From assembly GCA_965112155.1 (NCBI GenBank), contig OZ218103.1: a stretch of 64,000 bases of DNA; one strand, given 5' to 3'. The position numbers and the translations under genes were made by a program. Numbering within the stretch: position 1 is the stretch's first letter; every line of letters begins with the position of its first letter. The notes beneath the pieces were generated by a model that was not told the DNA's origin, ran no database searches, and saw only the letters and a list, made by a program, of their open reading frames with translations. This document shows, piece after piece, positions 14,447-26,942 of this stretch. Origin of the DNA: Podarcis liolepis (Eukaryota).

Positions 14447-16654
14447 TTAGATTTTTTTCAGTTTTATACACAACCAAACAGCAACAATGTTATTTCCTAA
14501 CTGAAACTGCACTACTGCAGCTGTGTGGCTCCCTAGAAATAACTTTAGGATGCCATAGCTCAGGGGTAAAATACATGCTCTGCATACCAAAAGGACACAG
14601 GTTCAATCCCTGCTGTCTCCAAGGTATGACTCAGAAAGATTCCTGTGTGGACCCCTGGAGAGTCACTATCTGTCACTTTCAGCAATACTGCACTAGACAA
14701 ACCAATTGTCAGAAGATGATGATTTATTTTTTTAAATTTGTATACCACCCTTCCGTCTGAAGATCACAGGGCAGTTCACAACTTCTGGGAAACAGATACT
14801 GCTGACTCTACTTAACAGTTGTGCCATCTAGAGGCAGTCCTGCAAAACCCAAACCTGCAACAAGTTCCCTGTTCTGATCCTGCATGGGGCCTAATCAGCA
14901 GCACCAGCTGACGTGCCTCATCCGAAATATGCTGGTGTTTAAAACAGGTTGTCAGCCAGTTTGACTGCACACCAGCAGCTTATGCACTTTTGTATATTGC
15001 TATTCATAAACCTTTTAAAATCTGCTGTGTATTACGAGATCTCAGGTCATAATCTTAAACAGACTTCTAATGAAATCAGTGGGAGAAGTTGTTTAGCGCT
15101 TAGGCGTGAATGGGAATGGACAGCAAACTGGGTCAAAGCCCTACCCTAAGCCCATTATTTGCAACTGTTGAGCTAAACTCAACAGTCCTTCTGCATAAAC
15201 TGTTTAGGAGCAGGGTGTTAATCACAAATAGCTTTATCTCGTTTAAATGCAGTTCTCCAAAGCTGCCAATACCAGAATTAATGAATTTACTCCACAGAGA
15301 TCAATGAGATTATGTCTTTTGTATCAATCAGCTGTTCACCATGGCTTCTATCTTTCTATCACTGGCAGCAGAGAACAAAGAACTGTAAGTCTCAAAACTG
15401 TCCCTCTCTTGCCACTAATGGTACCTTTTACCAGTTAAATAATGACTATTAGCTAATAAAGATTGCCTTCAAAACACTTCTGCTCAAAAGCAAGTCCCAT
15501 TCATTTCAATAATTGCTCACCACAATTTTTTGAACAGATGGCAGAACACCCTTGCATTTATGACAACTTTTAGACATTGTGATATACTCTGACCTTGTCT
15601 GGGATATTTTTCTCTAACACCTGAAAGAATCTGCTGGTGTATATGACTCTTCACTGTCTTGTTACTGCTAGTTTGTTGATCAATACCTGTAATGTTCTTT
15701 GTTCTTTTACAAATGCTATTATTATAGCTAATTATTGTATTTTAATATTTCATTTATAATGGACTTTGTTGAATGATGCAGGACTAAAATCTCAGAGGCA
15801 AATAAAACATCAGAATTCAGTTTTGAGTATGTGGGCTTAAAGTACCTAAAACTATAAAAACTATATACATATTTGTCCTTCCAGGCACTAAACACAATTC
15901 TCATTCTTTTTTTAAAAAAGAGCGCAAGATAAACATGAACTCTGTACAATAAAGACAAACATCATTTCCTCAGATCTAATATGAAGAGATTTCTGTAAAA
16001 GGAAAATCTTAATTAACTGCTGTAATTTGTTTTTCATAAAGCCATTCACTGTACAAGAGTTCTCCTGGGAGCTGGTACATCCTGTAAAAGGCTATGCCAT
16101 GGAATCATCTGGATTAGTGTCAGGACTTAAAAGCAGCTCTCCTCTAGGAGGCAATTCCAACATATATCTTAGTTACGAGAGGCACTCTAGTCTAACTGGA
16201 GCTCCCTAACAAGAAGGGTTGACCTAAGTGAGGACACACAAGATGAATACAGCCATGTGGAAAATCAGTTTTGTGCTTTATTTCTCTAAGGGAATACCAG
16301 TAAAATTTTACCTCGTGTTATTAGAGAAGAGTTATAGGCAATGAACCAGCTGCAGGTAACCCTACATTCAGGAGCTCCACTTCATTAAACTTGTTTAACA
16401 GGTTTCTCTTCTCCCCAGTGAAAGCTTTGCTAACTGCCTCAAGTCTCAAGTCTTAAAGAGGCAGCCATGGATTTAAAGACTCAACTTTGTCTTACTGAAT
16501 CAGTTGTCTGACTGGTGGTGTAAAATCTCATCTCAAAAAAAAGGCTACATCAATCATGTTGTTTTTAGCCAATTGTCCTTTGTTTGTGGGATAAAAGCCA
16601 GATGTAAACAGGATGAGGGAAGGAATTGTGTCTCTGCTGTGAAGTAAGACTTTG

Positions 16655-16980
16655 CAGACATTACATCTTTATTATACCAGCTGCATTGGCTGCCTGCGTG
16701 TTTCTGGATCAATTGAAAGTGCTAGTGTTGACTTTTAAAGCCCTAAACCGTTTAGGGACAGGTTACATGAAAGATGACCTGAACTCATACGAACTTAGCC
16801 AGGCCTTAACATCACCCTCAAAGGTGCTGCCTGTGGGTCTACCATCAAGTTCAATTTGTGGGCCTCCCATCAAAATTGGTGAGCACTAGCAATAGGACCT
16901 TTCAAGTGGTGATGATCCCGTTAAATTTTCTCCCAGGGGAAATACATCTGGCCCAATCTTTATTTATTTATTTTAATGGA
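16655..16980 (+). mobile_element. L2 LINE fragment (C-terminus of ORF2, decayed)
   Basis: LHWLP...KVLVLTFKALNRLGTGYMKDDL resembles the L2 motif LHWLPV..RI.FK.L.L.FKAL.GL.P.YL. Other L2-like 3' ends at ~1560-1657, ~14722-14780, ~24400-24630 and ~40740-41045. Confidence 0.75.
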
Positions 16981-17052
16981 CCTCAAAATTCCACATCCCT
17001 TCATTAAATTAGCACTTCACTTCCTTGCACTCAATACCACTTTATTGTATGG

Positions 17053-17208
17053 GTTTGCTGCCTTGTAGCTCAATCAGTAGAGCATGAGACTCTTAAAGCT
17101 CAGAGCTGTGGATCTGACCCCCACATTGGGCAAAAGTTCCCTGCTTTGCAGGGGATTGGACTAAATTACCCTCATAGCCCCTTCCAACTCTACAATTCTA
17201 TGATTCTA
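17053..17208 (+). mobile_element. tRNA-Lys(CTT)-derived SINE with CR1-type 3' tail
   Basis: TAGCTCAATCAGTAGAGCATGAGACTCTTAA...CCCCACATTGGGC head; CCTTCCAACTCTACAATTCTATGATTCTA tail. Confidence 0.8.
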
Positions 17209-17477
17209 TAGTACATACCATTTTACAAAAGCATGACTAGGTTTGAATATTGTGGCAAGCTTATTTTATCATTATTTCCAGTGTTTTTAATGTACGATGG
17301 GAATATTTAATTGACTTACTGCCCTCTTTGCACATTAAGGTGCTCAATGTAGAATTTGAAAGATTAATTGTCTCTTGGTAGTTCTATCAGTCCCAATTAT
17401 CATACAAGGTGCATTGATTTGACAGATCAAATGTAAGCATGCATATTTTTTAAAAAATTAACAACCTTATTACTTAC

Positions 17478-17563
17478 TTTAAAGACAAACACTTTACAAG
17501 AAGCCTCTGACCAAAGTGTTCCTTGGGGATTTCAGGGATGCCCAGTCTTTCTATTGGTTCTTC
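17478..17563 (-). CDS. DOCK7: DOCK7 exon 7 ([29 protein letters not shown], 86 nt)
   Basis: Acceptor ttgcag|, donor |gtaagt. Confidence 0.96.
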
Positions 17564-18259
17564 CTGCAATCGGGCACAAATCCAGCAAGTAATGCATGCA
17601 CTCCTTCCACAAACAAAGTGTATTGTTAAATGGCTAAAGAAGGCAAAGTAGATTTCCTCCCCTCCTATTCAATACAATTTAATCTTCAAGCTTAACAGCG
17701 TGTGGCTTTTGCTGCAACTATAAATAACACTGGAGGGGTTTAATTTAGGAGAGCTACTGAATAACGGATTGGAGTTCTGTAAGAAAATTCCTTGGAAAGC
17801 GATGATCCAAAAGTCCAGATTTGTGCTTTAATCACATGCTGCTTTGGCAGCAGTCACATGGAAACAAAAGCAAATACAATCTTAGGGTCAATCCCTTTAA
17901 AATCTTTGGCTCCTCCACTCCCCTCTACACTTTCTACAAAAGCTGGCAAACACCGCTGTCGAAAGTCTAGGACTCGTATTCAACATTAGTCATAAACAAA
18001 GTAGACTCATCAAATTCATTCCACTTAAGACGGCTGTGGCCCCACAGGCCTACAAACCCAACAAGTTATGGCAGATCTTCATGCTATTTTGCCTCTCTCT
18101 TCTCCCTCGCCATCTCATTTTAATGACTTCTGAAATTCAAGTTGTTATATATATATATATTCCAACTATAATAGACCAGCACTCACTATCTGGCTACAGA
18201 GTTGGACCTGGCACTTGTGTGTGCTTTGTGCTAGTATTAACAGGTCTCAGTTAAGCTCA

Positions 18260-18493
<234 letters not shown>

Positions 18494-18590
18494 TTAAACG
18501 AAGCATGTAAAGTGAAATATGGAAAATGTCACATGTATTTTTAACACGGTGATTTTTTTTTTAAAGATGCAGGCTTCATAAAGCACCTAC

Positions 18591-18720
18591 TTGTTCATCC
18601 TGGTAATTGTTACCATCCGGAGCTTCATCAGACTCAAATATCTGTTTGGGTAGGCCTTTTTGCCTCTCCTTCTGTTTGTCTAATGTGTTGGGATTAAATC
18701 CTGTTCCCAGTTTGTGATAT
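18591..18720 (-). CDS. DOCK7: DOCK7 exon 5 ([43 protein letters not shown], 130 nt)
   Basis: Acceptor ggatag|, donor |gtaggt; followed by a 112-nt intron. Confidence 0.96.
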
Positions 18721-19220
18721 CTATCCAAAAACAGATTGTATTAAGCAATGTCTCTCCTCTACAAAACCAAGCAGAAATGATGAGCAACATCTGAAAGCTT
18801 AATGTCCTCCCCAGAAAATAATTTTTGCTACTCTTGAAAGCATCATGCTGTACATCAAGTTCTGTAACAGGAATTTTTGAAAACAGCATTTTATCTTCTT
18901 TGACTGCAGGTGTTGATTCCAGTGTAGGATATTGAGACTTGCAGCCTTAAAAATCAACTCATACTTGTTACTTTTCCTGCTTGCAATAAGAAATGACTCC
19001 TGCTGTGACCATATAATCCTATAAGCATAAGCACCTTTCGATCAGCAATGAAATACTTGAAGTGTACCGCGATGTAGCTAAATGCAAACAATTTGTCCTA
19101 GAAGTCTGTATCCTTCACCTCATTAAATCACTAAATATTTTTTATAAGCAATCCAAGTATGACAGCATTTATTTGTTTATTTGCTTGTTTTAGCGTGGCT
19201 GCTTTCAAGGTCTCCTTGAC

Positions 19221-19383
19221 CAGTGGTTCCCAATTATCTAACTACTGCGGACCCCCTGTTTTTCAAAAGCCAAGCCATGGACCCTCTACTTTTGAAATTT
19301 GTGATACCTCTATGGTAGTTTTTGTTATGTGAATGGTGCCACGGACCTCCTTGGTTCCTTGGACCACCAATTGGGAGCCACTG
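19221..19383. mobile_element. hAT-Charlie-like MITE
   Basis: TIR CAGTGGTTCCCAA / TTGGGAGCCACTG; TSD TCCTTGAC/TCTTTGAC (7/8). Confidence 0.8.
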
Positions 19384-19647
19384 TCTTTGACTATTATAAA
19401 GGCTACTGTATCAATTTGAAGTTTAGTCCATCCGTATTCTATCGTTGCAACTCAGTGGCTTTTAATCAGAATACAGGAAGAGCCCTGCTGGATGAGATCA
19501 AAGGCCCATATAATTCTTTTTCTAATGAGATCGACTCACTTTATCCACACCATAAAAAAATGTCTAATCTGTCTACGCAGGCATTGTGCATTACCTGGCT
19601 CTAATATTGGTAAATATTATCTGACAAAGGTTGTTGATACTTTAGAG

Positions 19648-19893
19648 CAGGTGAGGGTAATCTCTGGCCCTCCAGTTGTTGCTGGACTACAACTCCCATC
19701 ATCCCTGGCTGTGCTTGCTAGGGATGATGGGAGTTGTAGTCCAACAACATCTGGCGCGCCAAAGGTTTCCATGCCTACTATGTATGTTGCTGAATTACAG
19801 CTCCCATCTCTCCTGACTATTGGCCATGCTTGATGGGGCTTAATGGAGTTGAAGTCCAATAACATCTGGAGGAAAACAAATTCTCAAATCCTA
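19648..19893. mobile_element. Two adjacent copies of the palindromic MITE family
   Basis: GGCCCTCCAGTTGTTGCTGGACTACAACTCCCATCATCCCT...AGGGATGATGGGAGTTGTAGTCCAACAACATCTGG, followed by a second degenerate copy from ~19783. Confidence 0.75.
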
Positions 19894-21568
19894 CTCTACT
19901 ATATAAATCAGAAAGCTCCAAAGGTAAATGTCTAGGAGCCACCATTATTATAGCAGACAATAGTGTCTGTCAGCAGTGCTGGATATATTGGTATGTATAT
20001 GTTCTGACAATCAAGGCAGTTGCAATATTGTGATCATTCTAGCCTATTATTCTCAGAGTTGCCCATCCCCAAGGTGTTGTTGTTACCATTTTCCCAGAAG
20101 CCAAATTAAAATTATTCTTTCTGTATGTGATCTTGATGGGTATGTGAAAACTCTCTGCCCTTCCTCCTCTATTTCAGCTGCACATCTAAAGAGCGTATTA
20201 CTGGGACTACTAATGACAACTCTTGGGAAATATGTACATTTATTCTGGCCTCCTGAGAAGCTGACAGCACTCTCCTGTCTCACTGCAGTCTCCATTCTGA
20301 CTGCAAAGAAGGGTGGGTGGCAAAAGGCTTATGGGTGGAACCAGACATGACACGGAGCACAAGGGGTTGCCAAATGGAATAGATTGCCCATAATAGGGCT
20401 GTCTGGCTAGGGTTGCCTGATATGCCTGAGAAGGCCCAATAACATTAACATATTTAACATTGCTACTGGATAATTTTACTTTTAAAACATTCCATATTTT
20501 ATCAGCGTCGCTCTATGTCAGCCTTCACCTTCGTGGTGCCCTTCAGATGTACTGGAGTACAGCTTCCCCTCAGCCCCAGCCAGCATGGAGGGCAAATTTC
20601 TCTAGGCAGTATACAAATATTCTGCTCTACTATAAAGGCAGAACCAGATGAGAAACAGTGGCGGCCAAAACTGGCAAGCACCATCTTGTCTACCTCCTTC
20701 TGAACCTGACCTGTTAGCCTGGTTTGTTAACTGACATTCAGCCAGAATTACCCCAGTTCAGATATAAAGGGAACTGTGGCTTAACACAAAGCCAGGAATG
20801 AAGTGTCAAAGTTGTCACACAAGGGGAGGGGAGGAAGGGTGAGCGAGGAGCCCCCCTCTGCCCCAATGCCTATTCTTGGACTCATAAACCACAGTTCATA
20901 AAGTTGTGAATGATAATCTGAACCTGCACACAGAGAAAATGATACTCCTGCACCGTCGAAAGAGGGTTATTTCCTACCGCCTTCCATTTCTTGTTATCAA
21001 CCTTTTCCACCATTATTATTTTCTTCTTTTTATTCCTCATCTTGGCATTTTCTTTTCTACCTAATTATATAAATCGTTTGAGTAGTTAATAGTGGTTTTA
21101 CCAAGTGATTACAAAAGCGCTGGGGGGACAAGTGAGCTTGGCATATACTCTAGTCTCACGCAAAAAGGCTCTATTCTGACACGATTTATGAGTCATCCCA
21201 CTGACTGCTGAACTGCTCCATTGCAAACATCTCACTGCATACGGCAAGCCCTTTCATCTAACTTGCTTCCTATAAGTATCCACAGCAAAAAGGTAGGGGA
21301 AAAGAATATGAATAGGTGACTCATACTTTCTCCATTATTCCCTCCAGCGCATTCAGAAAAGTTGTCTCTCCCTTTTCAGGAAGTTATCCTTAAGGGCACC
21401 TGCCTAAAAGCGATAACTAAAATAGCAGTACGGTCTTACATTGGCTCTGAATAGTTATTGATAGCTACAGCAACTGCATTCTGAAAATGAGTCTCCCCCC
21501 CCCCCCCGCCCAACACACACAGTTGAAGGGCATCTCTTCAAATATATAACTTTAAATACACAACTTAC

Positions 21569-21637
21569 TTTCTGTTCACAATGGCCCAGTCTTCTGTGTA
21601 ACTTCTTACGCAATCCCTCACGTGAGGGTCCATTTCA
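21569..21637 (-). CDS. DOCK7: DOCK7 exon 4 ([23 protein letters not shown], 69 nt)
   Basis: Acceptor ctatag|, donor |gtaagt; in frame. Confidence 0.96.
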
Positions 21638-21737
21638 CTATAGAGAGGGAGAAATAGCTCTAAATGGTCTCTTCAAATCACAAACATCTTATTTCATTTT
21701 AGACTGACAGGCCGAACTACCATTTAATACCCCAGTA

Positions 21738-21979
21738 CAGTGGAACCTTGGTTCCTGAATGGCTTAGCTGCCGAACAAATCAGCTCCCAAGCACCGCAAA
21801 CCTGGAAGTAAGTGTTCCAGTTTGCAAACACTTTTCGGAAGCTGAACATTCAGTGCAGCTTCCGCTTGAGTGCCGGAAGCTCCTGAAGCCAATCAGAAGC
21901 CACACCTTGGTTTTTGAATGGTTTCAGGAGTCAAACGGACTCCCGGAATGGATTAAGTTCAGGAACCAAGGTACCACTG
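21738..21979 (+). mobile_element. Tc1/mariner MITE (related subfamily)
   Basis: TIR CAGTGG(A/T)ACCTTGGTTCCT, TA TSD. Confidence 0.85.
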
Positions 21980-22428
21980 TAATAAATACAGCTTGCATTC
22001 TGTAAACATCTACTACATTTCCAGTCATCACAAGTGCATACAGGTTGCCCCACTTTCCTTCATTCAATGTTTATTAACGTGCTTCCTCCACCTTTATGCC
22101 ATAAGTTACATGCGACACAGGGCCTCTGCTTTTTAGACTCGCAGTCAATTCACTGCCTTTCCCTTTGCTTCTCAGCTCAACTGAGAATTTCAAGGGGTAC
22201 AGTTCCCTTCTCCAAGGCCCCACACTCTGATTCTGCCATCTCTCTGTACCTGTATAACTTGTGCTTCCTTTGCTCTCAAAGCTATCCTGGCTCCAGTGTA
22301 TAGTTTTGAGTGGTGAAGGAAGAGAAGGATATGGGGATAAAAAAGTCCAACTCCTGTTAATGGCTTCAGCCAGGCCATACCTGCTCAGCTGCAAGCATGG
22401 GCCAAGGTCTCTGTTGGCTAGCCCTTAC

Positions 22429-22604
22429 CTCTCTTCAGGTACTGCTGACACAAGCGTTCTGCATTCTCGAGGACTGTAGATAACTTCAATATCGTCAGAA
22501 GGAAATTCAAGCAAGTCTCTCAAAGGGCCGCAATCCACTGCAAGTGGATGTGTAAGGAGGTATTCTTCCAAATCCACTGGATCCACAGGCTCAGTAAGAG
22601 GCAC
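22429..22604 (-). CDS. DOCK7: DOCK7 exon 3 ([59 protein letters not shown], 176 nt)
   Basis: Acceptor ttatag|, donor |gtaagg; DOCK-C N-terminal motif EFPxDD. Confidence 0.96.
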
Positions 22605-23329
22605 CTATAAAGATAAAGAAAAGTTATACTAAAGTGTCAACATTTGGCTATTTTAAAATAAATATATCTGTACTTAATTTCCCCGCTCTGCATATTTTGT
22701 TTTCCTCTGCAGCTGAAAAATATCAGTATCTAAGACTGCCCAGAAATACACAGGACTGCCAATTTCATTAGATGTTAAGGTTTCCAGGCCAAAATCACAA
22801 GTACAGACACATCCAGATGGTAACTGCTTTGTTCCCTCACTGGGAAAAACATTTATCTCCTGTAGTAATAGCCCTCAGTCACCACTCCCACAGAAAACAG
22901 CCAGACAGCCATGCAGACCATCAAGTCCTTGCTAGGCTCAACAGTCATCCCCATAAAAGCACATGGACTAGAAGATGGGATATCAATAACAGCAAATTAA
23001 AATCTCAGAGCCTGTTCTGAAGAGGCATCATGCAAGCATCTTGCTGAAGCCAACGTGTGGCTCTTGTCAGTGCCTTAATGGAAGAACCCCATGTAAACTG
23101 CATTAATTTCAAACATGGAAGAAAAGCAGGATATAAATGTAGTAACTAAAGCAAAAACAAACTGTTCTGCACATATATCCTGCAGAAATTAGTCGTGCTA
23201 TTTAGCTCATGTGTGGCAAAGGCACAAGTTTTATGCCCTTCAAGATGGTATGCAAGTTGCTTTCCTGTGCTTTCTTGTGTCTCAAAAGACAATGGAGTGT
23301 ACCTCTGGGGGTGAAGTTTAGCAGCACCG

Positions 23330-23645
23330 AAGTGCCTTCCCTGGGAGGTGTGTATGGAGGTCCTGAGCTGCCCAGAAAACAAGACACACACACAATTTGG
23401 CCTTCCTGGTGTGGCCCTAAGACAAGCAGAGAAATACGTTTGGCACCAGCTTGACTGCAGAAGCTGCTGGAAGGAGGTGTACAAGGCACCAACTTAGGCA
23501 CTCCCCTCTGGATTTTTGTAGTAGGGTTTACTCCTCAGCCTTTTCTTCATTGGAAGATATCTCACAAGGCAGCAGAGGTTTAGGAGCAGAGTCTTCCTTC
23601 TCTTAGATGGGCTACCTTCCCAGGTTGATCAGCCCCAGCTTCCCA
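23330..23645 (-). mobile_element. Probable RTE/BovB-type LINE 5' region fragment
   Basis: Resembles remembered squamate RTE sequence (GAGGTTTAGGAGCAGAGTCTTCCTTCTCTTAGATGGGCTACCTTCCCAGGTTGA); family assignment uncertain. Confidence 0.4.
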
Positions 23646-23832
23646 CTTTCTTGTGAATTTAAGAGATTTTTTAAACTAGTCTACCAGCAGGAACAGTGCA
23701 ATGTCAGAGCAGAGGATTCAGCAAAAAGTGGATCAGCCTCACCAAATAAAGGGCTTCCAGTGTCAGAGTTTACTCTTCTTATAGAGGCTAATGTGTCTAG
23801 TTCCAGGAGTTCTGTCCTCTCCTCCCAAATGT

Positions 23833-24000
23833 GGTGTGATGTAGCACAGTGGCTAAGAGGAGTGAGATATGAGCTGGGGAGTAGTTGGTTCAGGTCTCAG
23901 ATCAGCCATGAATTTGCTAGGTGACCTTTCACAGACCATTATCCTCTCAGTCACAGTCCCACCCCTGTCTGCAATCTGGGGGTAATAATACACATATACA
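23833..24000 (+). mobile_element. Degenerate MIR/CORE-type SINE
   Basis: tRNA-like head GTAGCACAGTGGCTAAGAG and CORE-like GTGACCTT...TCTGCAATCTGGGGGTAATAATA. Confidence 0.5.
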
Positions 24001-24640
24001 GAACTCTTTGAATATTCTCAAGTCTTATTATTATGCCTGGCTCATGATGGATAACGGACCCTGTGAAAGCCAGCACCTAATTTTATTGAAGCTCGCGCCC
24101 ATCATCATCATAACTTAATGGCTCATTCTGGGGACAGAGGAAACGCGAGCTACAATTATGCAAGGAATCTGGAGATCCTGGTCCAACACTTGGTGTGCAC
24201 TATAATATCATCTTCTGCCTGGTGAAAGGAAACAGATGGTCCAAACTTCACAGGGGACATGCCAATTGGAACATAATATTCACAGGACAGCTACAGGGTG
24301 ATTACTCTGCGACCCAGGAATTGGGTCTAGGTATACTTCCACACCAATCTCCCTGAAAATCATTATCGGAAACCCTCATCCAGGTGATATGCCTGGGATG
24401 GGAACTTGCATCACCTCCTCAATGGAATAGTCTTCCTAGGGAGATTTGACTGCCACCTACTCATAAATCTAAACAGTGATGGTTTGTTTTTGTTCTTTAC
24501 TATTGCTTGTTTTATTCACTGCCTTAACCTTTTTAGCTTCGTTGTTGCTTTAATTCTTCGTTTTTGTAAAGTATGTGAGGCACCCTGAAAATATTTCTAC
24601 TGAAGGGTTTCAAAGAAGTGAATTAAACAAATTTTGTTCA

Positions 24641-24822
24641 CAGGAAAGGCTGTGGCTCAGTGGCAGAGAACATGCTTTTTGAATGCACAAGGTCCCAGGT
24701 TCAATCCCCATCTGGGAAAGACCTCCGCCTGAAATGCTAGAGTGCAGCTGCCAGTCAGAGTAGACATTACTAAGTTTGATGGACCGATGGTCAGATTCTT
24801 TATAAGGCATCTTCTTATGTTG
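24641..24822 (+). mobile_element. Older tRNA-derived squamate SINE (Squam3-like); related copies ~5687-5850 (+), ~14547-14715 (+), ~30882-31300 (-)
   Basis: A/B boxes TGGCTCAGTGGCAGAG and GGTTCAATCCC; shared body CAGCTGCCAGTCAG...GATGGACC...AAGGCA(G/T)CTTC(C/T)TATGT. Confidence 0.65.
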
Positions 24823-26909
24823 CACATGCCCAGGTTCTACATTCTGTTCTAAAGCAAACTCTATGGAACTTAAGAAGTACAGTATTACAGAAGTAGGTCA
24901 AAAATAATTGCCTTCTTATTCTGAGTCTTTCGTTTTCTTGAAACAAAACAATGCTACACGCAGTCCAATTCTAGAAAATGAGTGCTACAAATGCACTGGT
25001 TTTATACTTTTATTTCTGGGGCTGTGTCGCTTTCCATTATACTACAAGCCTAAGCAAAAATCATCAAGGTGACTCAGGAGAGAGACATTTCCACCCTTAG
25101 GCATCACCAAGTCATGAAAACCTGAGTACTGCCTTTGCTATGTCAGCATTTAGCAAAGCCTCCAAGGCAACACCTCCATTACTTTCAAAATCAATTCCAA
25201 ATGCAAAGCAAAGCCTTTGATCTGACCTTCCTTCTCATACAGGGCTGCAAAGTTAAGACTGAATTTGCAAAAGAAAGGGGAAAGGTGATCAAGCAAAATG
25301 GTTCAGATTGATAGGCTGGTTATTGAGTGGCTGAAGACTTCAAAATAAACCCTACAAAGCCTAATACACACATAAATAAACAAACAAACAAACAAAGAAA
25401 CAGTATAAACAATATAGACCTCCTAGTCACAGACAAGTGGTGAATATGGGAAACAGCAATACTCTTCATATGAAGGTGGAATTCTGAAGATAATCACCTT
25501 AAGCTAAGAAGGGATGGCTGACCAAACTATGCATAAAGCTTGGTTGCCCCTTAGAAAGTCAGGATTTGGTCCTAGGTCAAGAGGGTTTGATATCCTAATC
25601 TGCAACTGTGTTTGAATGTCATGCTAACCATATTGCTCTGGCACGGCTGCAAGGAGCAGATTGGAAGCTTCCATTTTTTTTGCTCCAAACAGACAATTCA
25701 AGTTGGCTTGTTTCACACAAACCATACCACACAAACCAGTAGGCACAGTTTGTCAATGGGAATGGGATGGCAGGGAGCACAAACTCAATGCCTGCCTAGC
25801 TCCATTCACATTCTGTCAAGCTATAGTTCAGCATGATGTCAAAACGTGGCCTCTGCATTTGCTTACATGAATCAAGACTTTGTGTGACCATATTCTCAAA
25901 TAAGCAGAGCACTGGTCTCTAAGAGCTTTGAGACAGACAAACACTTTATAGGTGCAGCTTCAGTGCAACACTTTAAAGAGAGAAGAATAGAGGCAATAGT
26001 TGCACTCCCATAAGGAGAGAGGTCAGAAGGTCAGGAGTTCTGCAAATACAGTATCTCCGGTTCAATCATGCCAAAGATTAGAATGCTAAAAATACTTTTA
26101 GGTACCAATTCTTGGCCATTTGGGAGTAGAGAGTAAGCTGCTGATGTGCTTGAAGTGAAACACATTTGCCCTGCCTCCCAGAAACACTGAATGGATATAT
26201 TCATTCTGAACTGGTAATATGGTGACCTAAATTTCCTGTGGGATAGATTCTGTTGCCTTTCCCCAAATTCACCATGTGTTTTCAACATCTGAAATGGTCT
26301 CTCTCTCTTTTCCCATGCAAAAACATTGTTCCCAACAGGAACACCCTCCCTCTCTCCCCACAACATGTGATCACCATAATCAGCAGCATCCCAGCCCTCT
26401 AAATTGCTAGGTTCTGCCGTTTAAGAAAGCTGGAGGGAAAGCACAAATTTGGTGTGCCGCTGTGGTGCTGCAAAGCAAAAGAGTACCCTACACCCCTACG
26501 AAGACCTACGTGTTAAACTGTATATGAAAGAAACACAGAGATAATCAGCTACACAGACAGGAAAGAAAATAAATGGGACAAACTTTTAAACTGAGTACAA
26601 ACTGATGTGGGCAGGGAATGTGCTGTATTTGTTGTTTTTTTTCTTCCTAATCCTCATCTTCACTAAAAGAGGAAAATTCTAATTATAGACTGGCTGCCCC
26701 TCCCAGCACACCGTCATCCTTCACAAAATAAAGTATAAATTATCATCATGCGTCACGGTGATCGTTGGGCAACTGTATTTATTATTTCTCCATCAATTTG
26801 AATCAATTCCTGCCAAGAAAACCATATATAGGGTGCCTTATTTTACAACAAAATATGGTAGGCGAAGAATGATAGGCAGAGAGCAGTAGAGGCTTGCTCA
26901 GCTTCTTAC

Positions 26910-26942
26910 CTGACCTCCCACCACTGCCATTCCTGCAGCGTA
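26910..26942 (-). CDS. DOCK7: Candidate alternative DOCK7 exon in intron 2 (YAAGMAVVGGQ, 33 nt, phase 0-0)
   Basis: Pyrimidine tract and acceptor ...ctcaccccttgcccttgtcttcccag|, donor CAG|GTAAGA, no stop, frame compatible with exons 2 and 3. No transcript evidence. Confidence 0.45.

Noticed and set aside
19648-19893. Strong hairpins as miRNA precursors or CRISPR-like repeats
   Set aside because: These are dispersed palindromic MITE copies in eukaryotic DNA, with no repeat-spacer periodicity and no cas genes.
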